Below are positions 45,238-54,796 of a stretch of DNA of 64,000 nucleotides, one piece after another (within the stretch, counting starts at the first letter, position 1; each line of letters begins with the position of its first letter). This DNA comes from Thermoplasmata archaeon (GTDB taxonomy: Archaea; Thermoplasmatota; Thermoplasmata; Lutacidiplasmatales; UBA184). The notes beneath the pieces were generated by a model that was not told the DNA's origin, did no database searches, and saw only the letters and a program-made list of their open reading frames with translations. The stretch spans positions 23,432 to 87,431 of the forward strand of contig JASHPK010000027.1 in assembly GCA_030038095.1 (NCBI GenBank). The letters are read 5' to 3'. Both the position numbers and the translations under genes were made by a program.

Positions 45238-45975
45238 ATGCCCAACGAGGGTTACCTAGACGAGAGCGTGCACTGGAAGGTGCGGAGCGGTCAGGTCGGC
45301 TTCGCGGAGCCGACCCACCGAGAGGTAGCGGAGGCCATCCTCGAGACCGGCCTCGCGACCGAGGTCGGACAGCGTCTCGGCTCCGGGAAGGAGGCCGACG
45401 TCTACCTCTGCCGGGACGGTCGGAAGCTGATCGCCGTCAAGGTCTATCGCCAGTACCGGACGGTCCACCGGGGCGGCCGACCGATCCGATTGGAGCCGAT
45501 GGGCCAGCTCGCATCGAGGGAGTTCGAGCTCCTCGGCTACGCCTGGCAGGGAGGCGCCCGAGTACCCCAACCCGGGCGCCGGGTCGAGAATATGTTCTCG
45601 ATGCAGTACCTGGGAACGCCCGATCGTCCCGCGCCGCGGTTGCAGCACACCCGGCTCGAGGATCCGGGGCAGTTCCTGCTCGACACGGTGTCGGGGATCG
45701 AGGCGCTCGCCGAGTCGGGGGTCGTTCACTCGGACTTGAGCCCGTTCAACATCCTGGTCCATGAAGCTCGCCCGTGGTTCATCGACCTCGCCGCCGGGAT
45801 CCGGGTCGACCGGCTCGGGTCGCCGCCGTGGGTCCGGCTGAACGAGGCGTTGCGGGCGCTGGATGCCGGAGCCCGGGCGTTGCGGCGATATTTCCAGCGG
45901 TACGGGCTCGAGATGGACACCTCCGACCTTGATACGCGGGTCCGCTCGAAAATCGATCTCTTCCGCCTCGAGTAG
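45238..45975 (+). CDS. RIO-type atypical serine protein kinase (short form)
   Basis: 245 aa. LGSGKEADVYLC (P-loop-like), AVKVYR, catalytic VHSDLSPFNILV, metal-binding FIDLA. Confidence 0.75.
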   Translation: MPNEGYLDESVHWKVRSGQVGFAEPTHREVAEAILETGLATEVGQRLGSGKEADVYLCRDGRKLIAVKVYRQYRTVHRGGRPIRLEPMGQLASREFELLGYAWQGGARVPQPGRRVENMFSMQYLGTPDRPAPRLQHTRLEDPGQFLLDTVSGIEALAESGVVHSDLSPFNILVHEARPWFIDLAAGIRVDRLGSPPWVRLNEALRALDAGARALRRYFQRYGLEMDTSDLDTRVRSKIDLFRLE

Positions 45976-46032
45976 TCCGCCCGGGGGGCTGCGGGGACAA
46001 TCGTCAAGTCGAGGGCGGCCTCGTGCCACTTC

Positions 46033-47109
46033 ATGGGGGCCCCGCCCGCTCCGCTCGTGGGACCGCGACCGTTGAGGCGCGGGTGGCCCATCGTGGTCGG
46101 GCCGATCTTGGTAGCGGTCATCGTCGTGGTCGGGTACGTGGCCTTAGTGCAGTCGCCCAAGGGGACTCCGAGCGGCCCGGCCCCACCGGCCACCGGCAGC
46201 GCGATCGAGCTTCTTCCGTCCCCCGGGACCCCCTCCGCGTGCATTGTCGGATCGCCGGGAGTCCCCCGACCGACCTTAGCCCTCAGCGAAGGGGTCCTGC
46301 AGGCCAACACGTACGACGTGCCGAGCGGGACCTCGGGCCACGTCGGGATGTGCTATGACGCGGCGTCCGGCTCGATGTTCGCGTACGCGAATTGGAGCCG
46401 GGTCGGACCGGCCGGTGGATGGTTCTCGTACCCCCAGGTCACTTACGGGGTGAACTTCTGGGCCGGAGCGGAGTCGACGTACACGAATCAGAGCCCGCTG
46501 TGGGAGCTCCCCCAGACCGTCTCCGAGGCCACGGCGGAGAACGTCTGGTTCACGACGTCGTTTGCGCTCCGGGCCCCCGGACCCTCGGACGTGACGGGGT
46601 ACGACCTCTCGCTCGATGAGTACCTGACGGAGAGCCTGCCACCGGTCTTCGAGGTCGGTCCGTTCGTCGAGGTGGAACTGTTCCTCGCCCACAACATCAG
46701 CTACCCGTACCACTGGATCCACTGGCAGATGCCGACCCTCGTCAACTCCACCCTCGCGATCGAGCCGTGGGACGTCGGGTACTGGTGCCACGGTACGGAC
46801 AACAGCTCGAACGCGAACATCAGTTTCGATTTCTCCTACGGCGGGCAGTCCACGCACGGCCTCGCGGCCGGGGAGCTCGGCGTCAATCTGAGCGCCGTGA
46901 TGGCCGAGGTCGAGTCACTGATGCCGGGGACGACCTGCTGGAACGGTCCGACCGGGGGTTTCGGCGGATTCTACTGGGACGAAGCAAACCTCGGATCCGA
47001 GGACGGCGCGGTCGGCGGGGCCGACTTTAACTACAACTGGACGGTCGAGGAGTACTGTATCCACGCACTCCCCCGCGCCGCCTCCTCGGAAGACCTCGCT
47101 TGCGCGTAG
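46033..47109 (+). CDS. N-terminally anchored extracellular protein (hypothetical; weak GH12/jelly-roll-like motifs)
   Basis: 358 aa. TM WPIVVGPILVAVIVVVGYVALV. YPQVTYGVNFW..., YDLSLDEYL..., VEVELFLAHN. Several sequons. Confidence 0.6.
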   Translation: MGAPPAPLVGPRPLRRGWPIVVGPILVAVIVVVGYVALVQSPKGTPSGPAPPATGSAIELLPSPGTPSACIVGSPGVPRPTLALSEGVLQANTYDVPSGTSGHVGMCYDAASGSMFAYANWSRVGPAGGWFSYPQVTYGVNFWAGAESTYTNQSPLWELPQTVSEATAENVWFTTSFALRAPGPSDVTGYDLSLDEYLTESLPPVFEVGPFVEVELFLAHNISYPYHWIHWQMPTLVNSTLAIEPWDVGYWCHGTDNSSNANISFDFSYGGQSTHGLAAGELGVNLSAVMAEVESLMPGTTCWNGPTGGFGGFYWDEANLGSEDGAVGGADFNYNWTVEEYCIHALPRAASSEDLACA

Positions 47110-47245
47110 TCCCCGAGGCCTCCGTCCTTGGGCGGGAGCACGGAGTGAATCGTCGATCTCGTTCGCAGCACGTCTGCCGCCACGCTCCACCGGGGACGAC
47201 GGACATCGGTTTCGCGAACCGCAAGCCGGACGAGAAGTCCCCGGT

Positions 47246-48142
47246 TCACGAGGGCCCCCGACCCCCGTTCTTCGCGAGATCGACCAGCCGGGTCACGGTC
47301 TCCTCGAAGGAGAAGACCGGACGGTATCCGACGATTGAGCCGATCTTGCCGAGGCGGGCGAAGCTCACCGACGCCGCGCGATCCGGGAGGGTCACGGGCT
47401 GGTGGAGGACCTCGGCGATCGGCCCGTAGAAGTCCCGGATCTTCACGTTGCGGTCGACCGCAATGAAGGCCTCGTTCGGTGGAGGCGAGGTCGTCAGGCA
47501 CCGCAGGGTCATCTCCGCGAGGTTCACCGTGTGGACCCAGGGCATCACGTCGTCCGGATGGAGAAACTTCGGCCAGCCTCGGGCCCGGATCCGTTCGACC
47601 ATCTCATCGCCCCACTGCGACCGGGTCCAGTGGCAAATCATGCCGGGGCGCAGGATGGCCACGGGAAGACCTCGCGAGCGGACCTTCTGGAGCTCGACCT
47701 CCGCCCGGGCCTTGGTGGCGCAGTACGGCTCCGAGTCCTCGGTGGCGAGCGCGCTCTCCTCATCCAGCCGGGGAGGAAGCGGCTCTCCGTAGACGGACAT
47801 CGTAGAGATCTGCACGAACCGCTGGACGCCCGCCTGGAGCGACCGCTCCGCGAGGTGTCGGGTGCCGTCGACGTTTACGGTCTCGTAGAGTGGACCCGGG
47901 CTCCCCAGGTAGGCGGCCGAGTGCACCACGAGTCCCACGCCGTCGAGCGCTGCTTCGAGGCTCTCGGGCTCGGTCAGGTCCCCTCGGACCGGATCCCAGC
48001 CCTGCTCGCGTGCCCGGCTGGCCTGCTCGTCGGACCGGACCAGGGCCCGCACCGAAAAGCCTGCCTCGGAGATCCGACGCGCGAGATGTCCCCCGACGTG
48101 CCCCGATGTGCCGGTGACGAGCACGGTGGGGGCAGCGGCCAT
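47246..48142 (-). CDS. NAD-dependent epimerase/dehydratase (extended SDR)
   Basis: Start trimmed to MAAAPTVLVTGTSGHVGGHL (Rossmann TGxxGxxG). Catalytic YCATK. Confidence 0.88.
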   Translation of the reverse strand: MAAAPTVLVTGTSGHVGGHLARRISEAGFSVRALVRSDEQASRAREQGWDPVRGDLTEPESLEAALDGVGLVVHSAAYLGSPGPLYETVNVDGTRHLAERSLQAGVQRFVQISTMSVYGEPLPPRLDEESALATEDSEPYCATKARAEVELQKVRSRGLPVAILRPGMICHWTRSQWGDEMVERIRARGWPKFLHPDDVMPWVHTVNLAEMTLRCLTTSPPPNEAFIAVDRNVKIRDFYGPIAEVLHQPVTLPDRAASVSFARLGKIGSIVGYRPVFSFEETVTRLVDLAKNGGRGPS

Positions 48143-48364
48143 ATTGCGGTCCAAGGCGTTTCTCGATTTAACGGCCCTTCCGATTCGGGCCGGGATCGGT
48201 CGCCGGACCTCTGGACCGCCCAGGATCAAGGGGCCTTCGGCGCCTGCCGCCCTCCTCCGGAGGGGTACGCTCGCCCGGATCCGAGGACGCGTCACGGCCT
48301 TCGCAGGATTGATGAGCTTCCCAGGTTGAGGTGCGTCGAGGCCGGAATCTCCGGGACAAGCTGG

Positions 48365-48991
48365 ATGGCATCCCCGAAGAAGACGCGCGTCGTGGTCCCC
48401 CCGGTGACGCGCCAGACCCGGTCGGAGCGGTACGAGGTTCCCGCCGGGTTCCGACCGGATCGCTCCAGGCGGGCCGGGCGCTATCCGCTGTTGGACGTGT
48501 TCCCGGGTCTAGAGCGGACCGTCCCCTTCCACAAGTATCCGGGAGATGATCGCGAGGTCCTACGGATCGCGGAGGGGACCTGGGCCCATCTCACCGACGG
48601 ACCCGGGTGGATGTATGTGGCGCCGCGGAGGACCCCTCCGGAAGTACGGGCGGCCGGTTTCCGCATGCTGGAGACCGAGGACGACGCGATCGTGGTGGCG
48701 CGAGGACATCTCCAGAACAGCCCTCGAATGTACGTCTACCTCGATCTCCTCCACGAGTTCCTCCACATCCTGCAGCGACACCAGGGCCGCGAGCTCTGGC
48801 CCGCCCGACTTCCCTACGCCGATCGTCCCACCGAGGTGGAGGCCTATGCGTTCTCCGTCGCCGAGGCCCGACGCCTCGGAGTTCCCGACGCGTACCTCCG
48901 CCGGTACCTCGAGATCCCCTGGATCGGTAAGCGCGAGTTCCGGCATCTGCTCCAGAATGTCGGCGTTACTCCGCCGAACGGACGTCGCTGA
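48365..48991 (+). CDS. Hypothetical protein with HExxH zincin-like motif
   Basis: Start trimmed to MASPKKT. YVYLDLLHEFLHILQRH followed by ...RPTEVEAYAF (possible third ligand Glu). No family recognised. Confidence 0.55.
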   Translation: MASPKKTRVVVPPVTRQTRSERYEVPAGFRPDRSRRAGRYPLLDVFPGLERTVPFHKYPGDDREVLRIAEGTWAHLTDGPGWMYVAPRRTPPEVRAAGFRMLETEDDAIVVARGHLQNSPRMYVYLDLLHEFLHILQRHQGRELWPARLPYADRPTEVEAYAFSVAEARRLGVPDAYLRRYLEIPWIGKREFRHLLQNVGVTPPNGRR

Positions 48992-49119
48992 GCTCGCGAC
49001 GAGCCGCTCAGGCGGAGCCCGATTGGTCGTAGCGTCTCGCTTCGCCGGAACCGGAGGTCGTGGACCGGACGGGTCGCCCCCGAGTCGCAGTGCGGCAGGA
49101 GGGTCCGAGTCGGATGGCC

Positions 49120-49998
49120 CTACGGCTGCCCGGCGTACCGACTGAGTGCGGACCGCAGTTCAGGCCGAAGCGTGTGGCGGCGCGCATCCTCAACGAGGCG
49201 GCGTTCGAAGGGCGTCAGGTCTCGCAAGAAGGCGAACCTTCCTGCGGCCTCCGCGGTGAGCCGATTCCAGTCACGTTGGCGGGTTCGGCCGATCAGGCGC
49301 TCGAGGTCCGGCCACTCCCGACGTCCCTCGGAAAGCGTGGCCAGCACCCGATCGGGATCGAAGCGCTCGCGTTCGTTCCAGAGCTTTCCGACGGCCAGAA
49401 TTCGCACGAGGTCCTGGTCGAACCCCTTCTGACCGTAGCGGATCGCGTCGTAGAGATCTCGCTCCGTGGCGCGCTGCTGGATCGCTCGCAACTTCTCCGC
49501 GATCGCTTCTTCGCGCCGCAGAGACGGAATCTCCGGCGGTTCGAAGGGTAAGGCGGCGAAGTAACTCTGCCGGAGGGGTCGCCACCGAGGGGGAGGGAGG
49601 AATGGGGTCTCCCGATAGCTGATCTCGAGGCGAAATCGGCCCTCATCCCAGTCGTGGGCGTACGCTACGCGGCAGGCCCAGTTCCGCTGCGAAGTGCGGT
49701 ACGGGTCGACCACGGAAAAACGGACGCCGAAGAACGGTTCGGCGAACGCTTCGTGGAACGTCGCTTCCGGGTCGAGGGGAAGTCCGGCGTTCGTGAAGTC
49801 GAGGTCCTCGCTCAGCCGCCCGGCGTCCCCGGTGACCATCATCCGGACGTAGGTTCCGCCCTTGAAGACGAGGCGATCGGTGAGACGGTGATGGGCGAGG
49901 GCTCCGAGCGCGTAAAGGAGCACGATCTCCTGCTGGGCAATGTGGAGGTCCACGCCCATGACGTTCGCGAACCGGTTCGCGACCGGGCGGGGGATCAT
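49120..49998 (-). CDS. abiEii: AbiEii/AbiGii-family nucleotidyltransferase toxin (type IV TA / abortive infection)
   Basis: 292 aa from MIPRPVANRF. LVFKGGTYVRMM...RLSEDLDFT NTase motif, and C-terminal ...RDLYDA motif. The ATG overlaps the abiEi stop (ATGA). Confidence 0.85.
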   Translation of the reverse strand: MIPRPVANRFANVMGVDLHIAQQEIVLLYALGALAHHRLTDRLVFKGGTYVRMMVTGDAGRLSEDLDFTNAGLPLDPEATFHEAFAEPFFGVRFSVVDPYRTSQRNWACRVAYAHDWDEGRFRLEISYRETPFLPPPRWRPLRQSYFAALPFEPPEIPSLRREEAIAEKLRAIQQRATERDLYDAIRYGQKGFDQDLVRILAVGKLWNERERFDPDRVLATLSEGRREWPDLERLIGRTRQRDWNRLTAEAAGRFAFLRDLTPFERRLVEDARRHTLRPELRSALSRYAGQP

Positions 49999-50849
49999 GG
50001 AATCCGCCCTTCCGCAAAGAGGTCGGAGTCGGAGACGTTCCGAACGATCCGCCAGGTCGGGTCGTGGGGGCCCCGGCGGCCGTAAAGGGCGGGGGTTCCG
50101 AGCGGGACGTACGGCGCCCTCGCGTCCGGCCGCATCCGGCGGAGCCACGCCTCGGGAGCCGGGGTCGTGGGCCGGACCACCTCCAACAGGTAGCCGAGCC
50201 GCTGGCGAAGACTGCGTTTCGGCACCCGATCCACGTACCGTCCGAGTCGGGGCCATCCGAGGGCCGGCTTCGCGAGCGCGACGATATGCGCGACCCCGCC
50301 CATACCCCCCGAGAGATCCGGCCGGTCCACGCAGTCGAGGATCGTCCGCTCGAGATCGCTCACGACGAGCTCCCGCCCTCGACGCCGAAGCGGCTCCGTC
50401 CCGAAGAACCGCGACCGAGCCTGGTGAACCAAGCGAAACTGGGACGGGCCGAACGGGCGCAGACCCGAGCGTTGAGGGGTCGCCACGTAGTACACGCTTC
50501 CCGCTTGGGGCAGCAGACCGTGAAGTTCAGCGGCCGTCGCGTAGGCAAAGTAGTAGGGATCGGCGAGCCGGCTGCCGAGCCGCAACGGGTCCCGATCCGG
50601 AAGGGCGTCCGGCCCGTGCTGCGCGGGATTGAGCAGGTAGACGCCGCGCCGAGTCCGTTCCAACCAGCCCTTTCCGACGAGTTCGTGCGCGAGTTTTCGG
50701 GCATAACCGGGCGTGGTGCCGACGAGCTTCTGAAGGTCGGCGAGGGTCACCACCTCGCGCCGGTCCGCCTCGAGGGCGAGAATGGCTCGCGCTTCGTTCG
50801 AGGAAAGCGAGCGTGCTCTCACGGGGGTCGGATGTGTTCCTGATACCAT
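49995..50849 (-). CDS. abiEi: AbiEi-family antitoxin / transcriptional regulator
   Basis: 284 aa. N-terminal wHTH VVTLADLQKLVG...ARKLAHELVGKGWLERTRRGVYLL. C-terminal domain ...SDLERTILDCVDRPDLSGG. Confidence 0.85.
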   Translation of the reverse strand: MVSGTHPTPVRARSLSSNEARAILALEADRREVVTLADLQKLVGTTPGYARKLAHELVGKGWLERTRRGVYLLNPAQHGPDALPDRDPLRLGSRLADPYYFAYATAAELHGLLPQAGSVYYVATPQRSGLRPFGPSQFRLVHQARSRFFGTEPLRRRGRELVVSDLERTILDCVDRPDLSGGMGGVAHIVALAKPALGWPRLGRYVDRVPKRSLRQRLGYLLEVVRPTTPAPEAWLRRMRPDARAPYVPLGTPALYGRRGPHDPTWRIVRNVSDSDLFAEGRIP

Positions 50850-50880
50850 AAAGTTACTGATATGGTAATTTTACTGTATC
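50843..50880 (-). promoter_or_regulatory. abiE promoter/operator candidate: inverted repeat TACCATA-N10-TATGGTA plus direct repeat TTACTG-N10-TTACTG
   Basis: A/T-rich patch. Arms at 50844-50850 (overlapping the abiEi ATG) and 50861-50867. TTACTG at 50855-50860 and 50871-50876. Confidence 0.4.
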
Positions 50881-51036
50881 AAAAACACACCCCGCCCAAA
50901 CCGAGTGCCCCGAGCCCGCGAACTTCTCCGCCCCCGACGGTTGCCGAGTGGATCGCGGCTGACTCCCGAACGGGCCCTCGGTGAACGGGAAGCCCGGGAG
51001 TCGCGCGGACAAGGGGCGGCTCGCGGGACCGGGCCC

Positions 51037-51801
51037 CTAGGGCTCGCGCCAGCGGGCCAGCCACATCGCGACGGCGATGAAGGTGAGGGTCAGGAAGACG
51101 AGGCCGATCAGCTGACCCGCGGCCGACGAGAGAACGGAGAGGGACGGTACGGGCGTGGTCGCGAGCCCGGCCGCGTTCACGGCCAGCTGACTGGCGAATG
51201 TTGAGGGGGACAGAAAGGCCACCCAGCGGATCGACGCGGGGACGGCCGCCAGGGGATAGAATACGGGGGGGAGCACCGACAGGCTCGTGAATACGACCAT
51301 CCCGATCGGCCAGATCTCGCGAAGGGTCCGGAAGAACGTCGAGAGCAGGAAGCCGAGACTGCTCGCGAGCAGCCAGGTCAGAAGGATCACTCCGATGAGG
51401 GCCAAGAACGACGACGGACCGATCGGCTTCACCAGCGTCAGCACCCCGAGGAAGAGCACGAGGGCGGGGATGGTGAACATGAGCTCGCTGAGCGCCATTC
51501 CGAGCACCCAGGAGATCGGTCGCAACGGGCTCGTGATGAAGACCTGCTGCATCTGACGCTCGAGTCGGAGGTAGGCGCAGTCGTTCATCATACCGCTACC
51601 GGTGAAGAGACAGGAGAAGAGCACCCCGCCGACCACCCCGTAGGGAAGCTCGGCCCGCGGGGCGACGACCAGGAGGAAGAACAGGAAGCTCAGCGGCGTC
51701 AGGAAGAGCGCGACGAAGACGAGGGGACTGCGGAGGAGGCCGAGGATCCCGTTGAACCAGCAGATGCGGCCGACGGCATTGGCCTGAGTTCTCCACGTCA
51801 T
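51037..51801 (-). CDS. ABC-2-type transporter permease
   Basis: 254 aa, six hydrophobic segments. The ATG overlaps the upstream ATPase stop (ATGA 51798-51801). Confidence 0.8.
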   Translation of the reverse strand: MTWRTQANAVGRICWFNGILGLLRSPLVFVALFLTPLSFLFFLLVVAPRAELPYGVVGGVLFSCLFTGSGMMNDCAYLRLERQMQQVFITSPLRPISWVLGMALSELMFTIPALVLFLGVLTLVKPIGPSSFLALIGVILLTWLLASSLGFLLSTFFRTLREIWPIGMVVFTSLSVLPPVFYPLAAVPASIRWVAFLSPSTFASQLAVNAAGLATTPVPSLSVLSSAAGQLIGLVFLTLTFIAVAMWLARWREP

Positions 51802-52733
51802 GCCCAGGCGCCCCCGGGTTCGTCCTCCTCGATGCTGCGGCCCACCAGGGTGAGAAACGCCTCTTCGAGGGTCACCGGGCCGACGTTGACCCCGATCCGG
51901 CGCTCGAGGGCGACCCGGGTCAACTCCTCGACGCGCGAGCGCGTGGTCATCACGGTGAGCCCGCCGCGTTCGGGGTACACCTCGCCGTACGGCTCGAGTT
52001 CGCGGGCGGTGAATCCACCCGCGAAGTGCAGTCGGACCTCGCGTCGCACCTTCGATTTGAGCGCCTCCGCCGTCCCCTTGTACAGGACGTGTCCGCCCTC
52101 GATCACGGCGAGCTCCTCGGTGAGCTGCTCGGCCTCGTCGAGGTAGTGCGTCGTGAGGAGGACCGTGGATCCTCGCTTCACGGTTCTACGGACGACCTCC
52201 CAGACCTGCCGGCGGGCGAAGGGATCCATGCCGAGCGTGGGCTCGTCCAGGAACAGGAACTCGGCTCCCGTCGCAAGGACCATCGCGACGAGCGTCCGCT
52301 GTTGCAGTCCGCCCGAGAGGAGCATCGCGGGGGTGTGGGAGTACGGGACGAGTCCCATCGCCTCGAGGAGCTCGTCGGCGGTGCTCTTCGCGGACTCCGC
52401 CGAGGCGCCCCGCACGCGCAGGTACTCCTCGATATGCTCCCGGGGTGTCAGGTGATAGAACGGCTTTCCTTCCTGGGGGACGATCGCGATCCGTTCCCGG
52501 ACCTCTCGCGGATGGCCGAGGACGTCCAGACCGAACAGTTGGATCGTGCCCGACGTGGGGAGCAGAAGGCCCGAGGCGATCTTGATGAACGTGGTCTTTC
52601 CGGCCCCGTTTCGGCCGAGGAATCCGAAGAGCTGCCCCTTCCCGATGGTCATGTCGACCCGGTCGAGCGCGTTCACCGTTCCCTGACGCGTGCGATAGTT
52701 CTTCGAGAGGGCCCGCGCGGTCAGGGCTTCCAT
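51798..52733 (-). CDS. ABC transporter ATP-binding protein (ABC-2/DrrA-like)
   Basis: 311 aa. Walker A GRNGAGKTT, signature LSGGLQQR, Walker B FLFLDEPT. Confidence 0.92.
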   Translation of the reverse strand: MEALTARALSKNYRTRQGTVNALDRVDMTIGKGQLFGFLGRNGAGKTTFIKIASGLLLPTSGTIQLFGLDVLGHPREVRERIAIVPQEGKPFYHLTPREHIEEYLRVRGASAESAKSTADELLEAMGLVPYSHTPAMLLSGGLQQRTLVAMVLATGAEFLFLDEPTLGMDPFARRQVWEVVRRTVKRGSTVLLTTHYLDEAEQLTEELAVIEGGHVLYKGTAEALKSKVRREVRLHFAGGFTARELEPYGEVYPERGGLTVMTTRSRVEELTRVALERRIGVNVGPVTLEEAFLTLVGRSIEEDEPGGAWA

Positions 52734-53061
52734 GGATGCGCTTCGAAGGGAGGCTCGGGATAAGCTAGTGGGGATAGTTGGGTCGGACCCTTCGCGACTC
52801 CAGCCGCGTGGGCCGGCCGAGCTCCGTCTGACCCAATCCGACGGGAACCCGGAACCTATCGAATCGTAGGACCCTCAGCCCGTGGAGCGGAGCTCGTTGC
52901 TCTTGGGCTTCGAGGGCGGCGACCCGTGGCAAGCTTCCCTGCATCCTCCGGGATGAGGGTCTCGTGAGCCGCCCGCACCGGCCGGGCACGGAATCTCTGT
53001 CCTCGGAGCCCTAATCAGCGTCGGTCGGCATCCCCCGGTCCGTCCTCGGGAGCAGCATCAC

Positions 53062-54066
53062 ATGAAATCACGACAGGCGTCGCCGAGTGGTGGAACTGAC
53101 TCCCGAGTCTTGGACTGGCTTCTCGAGGAGGATCAACCCTCGATCCGGTACCTCACGCTGGTCGACCTGCTCGGGCGTAGAGAAGACGATCCGGAGGTCC
53201 GACGCGCCCGATCCCGGATTCCCCGCATCGGCTGGGCAGCACAGCTGTTGAGCCGACAGAAGCCGAAGGGCTACTGGGAACCTCGTGAGCCGACCAACTT
53301 CCGGGGATGGGCTCGCTTCCTCCAGTTCCCTCAGTTTGGTTCCACCATGTGGCCCGCCCTCGTCCTCTCGGACCTGGGGCTCACGTCCCGTGATCCGCGG
53401 ATCCGGAAGACGGCGGAACTGATCTTCGACAACAAGCTCCGACTCAGCTCCCCGTTCAACTTCTTCACCGAGGAAGTATGCGCGGTCGGGAACCTGGCCC
53501 GAATGTTGACCCGCTTTGGCTACGGTGACGATCGACGGGTGCGGCGACTCTACGCCTGGATGATCGAGGACCAGCGCGAGAACGGCGGGTGGAACTGCGC
53601 CCCCGACCAGCCCGGAACCCTCGACTGTTGGGAGGCGCTGGACGCGTTCTCCGCGCTGCCCAAGGCCCGGCGTTCGGCGAGGATGGAGTCGGCGATCGAG
53701 AAGGGGGTCGAGTTCTACCTGGAACGAAACCTCCTCCGGGAAGGCAAGCGGTACGAGCCGTGGCTTCGGTTCCATTACCCGACCCATTACTTCTATGACG
53801 TACTGGTCGGACTCGACGTGGTGACTCGCCTCGGGGACCCGAGAGATCGACGGCTCCAACCCGCGCTCAAGATCCTCAGGGACAAGCGACGGCCCGACGG
53901 TACCTGGCTCCTCGACAGGGTCCACCCTGATGTGGGGCCCGACCTGAGGAAGGACTACGGGGGACGGGAGATCCAGGGATGGTCCCTCGAACGGGTCGGT
54001 ACTCCGAGCAAGTGGATCACGCTCACGGCCTTCCGAGTCCTGAACCGGGTCGACGCGGCCGGTTAG
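53062..54066 (+). CDS. Prenyltransferase/squalene-cyclase-repeat (alpha/alpha-toroid, QW-motif) protein
   Basis: 334 aa. QW-like motifs SRQKPKGYW, EDQRENGGWN, KRRPDGTW. No catalytic DxDD/DDxxD seen. Confidence 0.6.
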   Translation: MKSRQASPSGGTDSRVLDWLLEEDQPSIRYLTLVDLLGRREDDPEVRRARSRIPRIGWAAQLLSRQKPKGYWEPREPTNFRGWARFLQFPQFGSTMWPALVLSDLGLTSRDPRIRKTAELIFDNKLRLSSPFNFFTEEVCAVGNLARMLTRFGYGDDRRVRRLYAWMIEDQRENGGWNCAPDQPGTLDCWEALDAFSALPKARRSARMESAIEKGVEFYLERNLLREGKRYEPWLRFHYPTHYFYDVLVGLDVVTRLGDPRDRRLQPALKILRDKRRPDGTWLLDRVHPDVGPDLRKDYGGREIQGWSLERVGTPSKWITLTAFRVLNRVDAAG

Positions 54067-54128
54067 TGCGAGGGGAAGCCGAACCGGGCCCCCGGCGATC
54101 GGCAGACCCGGTACGCGCTTCGTGAACG

Positions 54129-54605
54129 TCAGTCGTCGTACCCCAGGACCGGCGCGTCGACGTCCAGCTGCCAAAGAAGCGCGTTGAGTTCTCCCTTGTG
54201 CTGGAGCTCTTCCTCGATCATGTGAACCAGCATCGTCCGCACCGTCAGTCGTTCTCGGCTGCGACCGGGGATGGTGACCCGCCGGTCCAGGTCCTTCGCT
54301 TGTAGCCCTCGGAGAAAATCGTCCAGCAGTCGGTCGACCTTCCGGGTTTCTCGCCGGGCTTGAGCGAGCGAGTAGCGCGTTCCCAGCGGGTACTCCTCGA
54401 AGTCCGTCTTCGCGTAGACCTTGATGAACCACCACCGGTAGGCGTCGAGAATGTGCATGTAGATGTCGACGAGCGAGGGGAACGACGCGCCGCGGTCCCG
54501 GTAACGCTGCTTGGGCGGCAGCTGCCAGATCTTCCGTAGATATCCTTGACGGCCCTTCGAATTGTACCGGTAGAGATCTCGGATCAGCTGCAGCTCAGTC
54601 TTCAT
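54129..54605 (-). CDS. DinB-family (four-helix bundle) protein
   Basis: Start trimmed to MKTELQLIRDLYRYN. ...LVHMIEEELQHKGELNALL is the C-terminal His motif typical of DinB/YfiT-like proteins. Confidence 0.75.
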   Translation of the reverse strand: MKTELQLIRDLYRYNSKGRQGYLRKIWQLPPKQRYRDRGASFPSLVDIYMHILDAYRWWFIKVYAKTDFEEYPLGTRYSLAQARRETRKVDRLLDDFLRGLQAKDLDRRVTIPGRSRERLTVRTMLVHMIEEELQHKGELNALLWQLDVDAPVLGYDD

Positions 54606-54796
54606 CGGGCCGGGGATAGCGGTCCGGGGGAAAACTCCTTGCAGGGATGGGACGCGAAGGGCCTGACCCGGGCACCCAACCATTGCGGCGCGATGGTCTC
54701 TAGGTTCACTTCGCGAGCGAACGCTATTTCCCCGACGAAGTGTGAGCCGACGCGCCCGCAGCCGGTCAATATATGGGTCCCGCAGTAGACCCGGCC

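Noticed and set aside
47402-48364. 5' 321 codons of the 529-aa ORF 47402-48991 (+)
   Set aside because: It is antisense to the SDR epimerase gene and has no motifs. Credible coding starts at ATG 48365.
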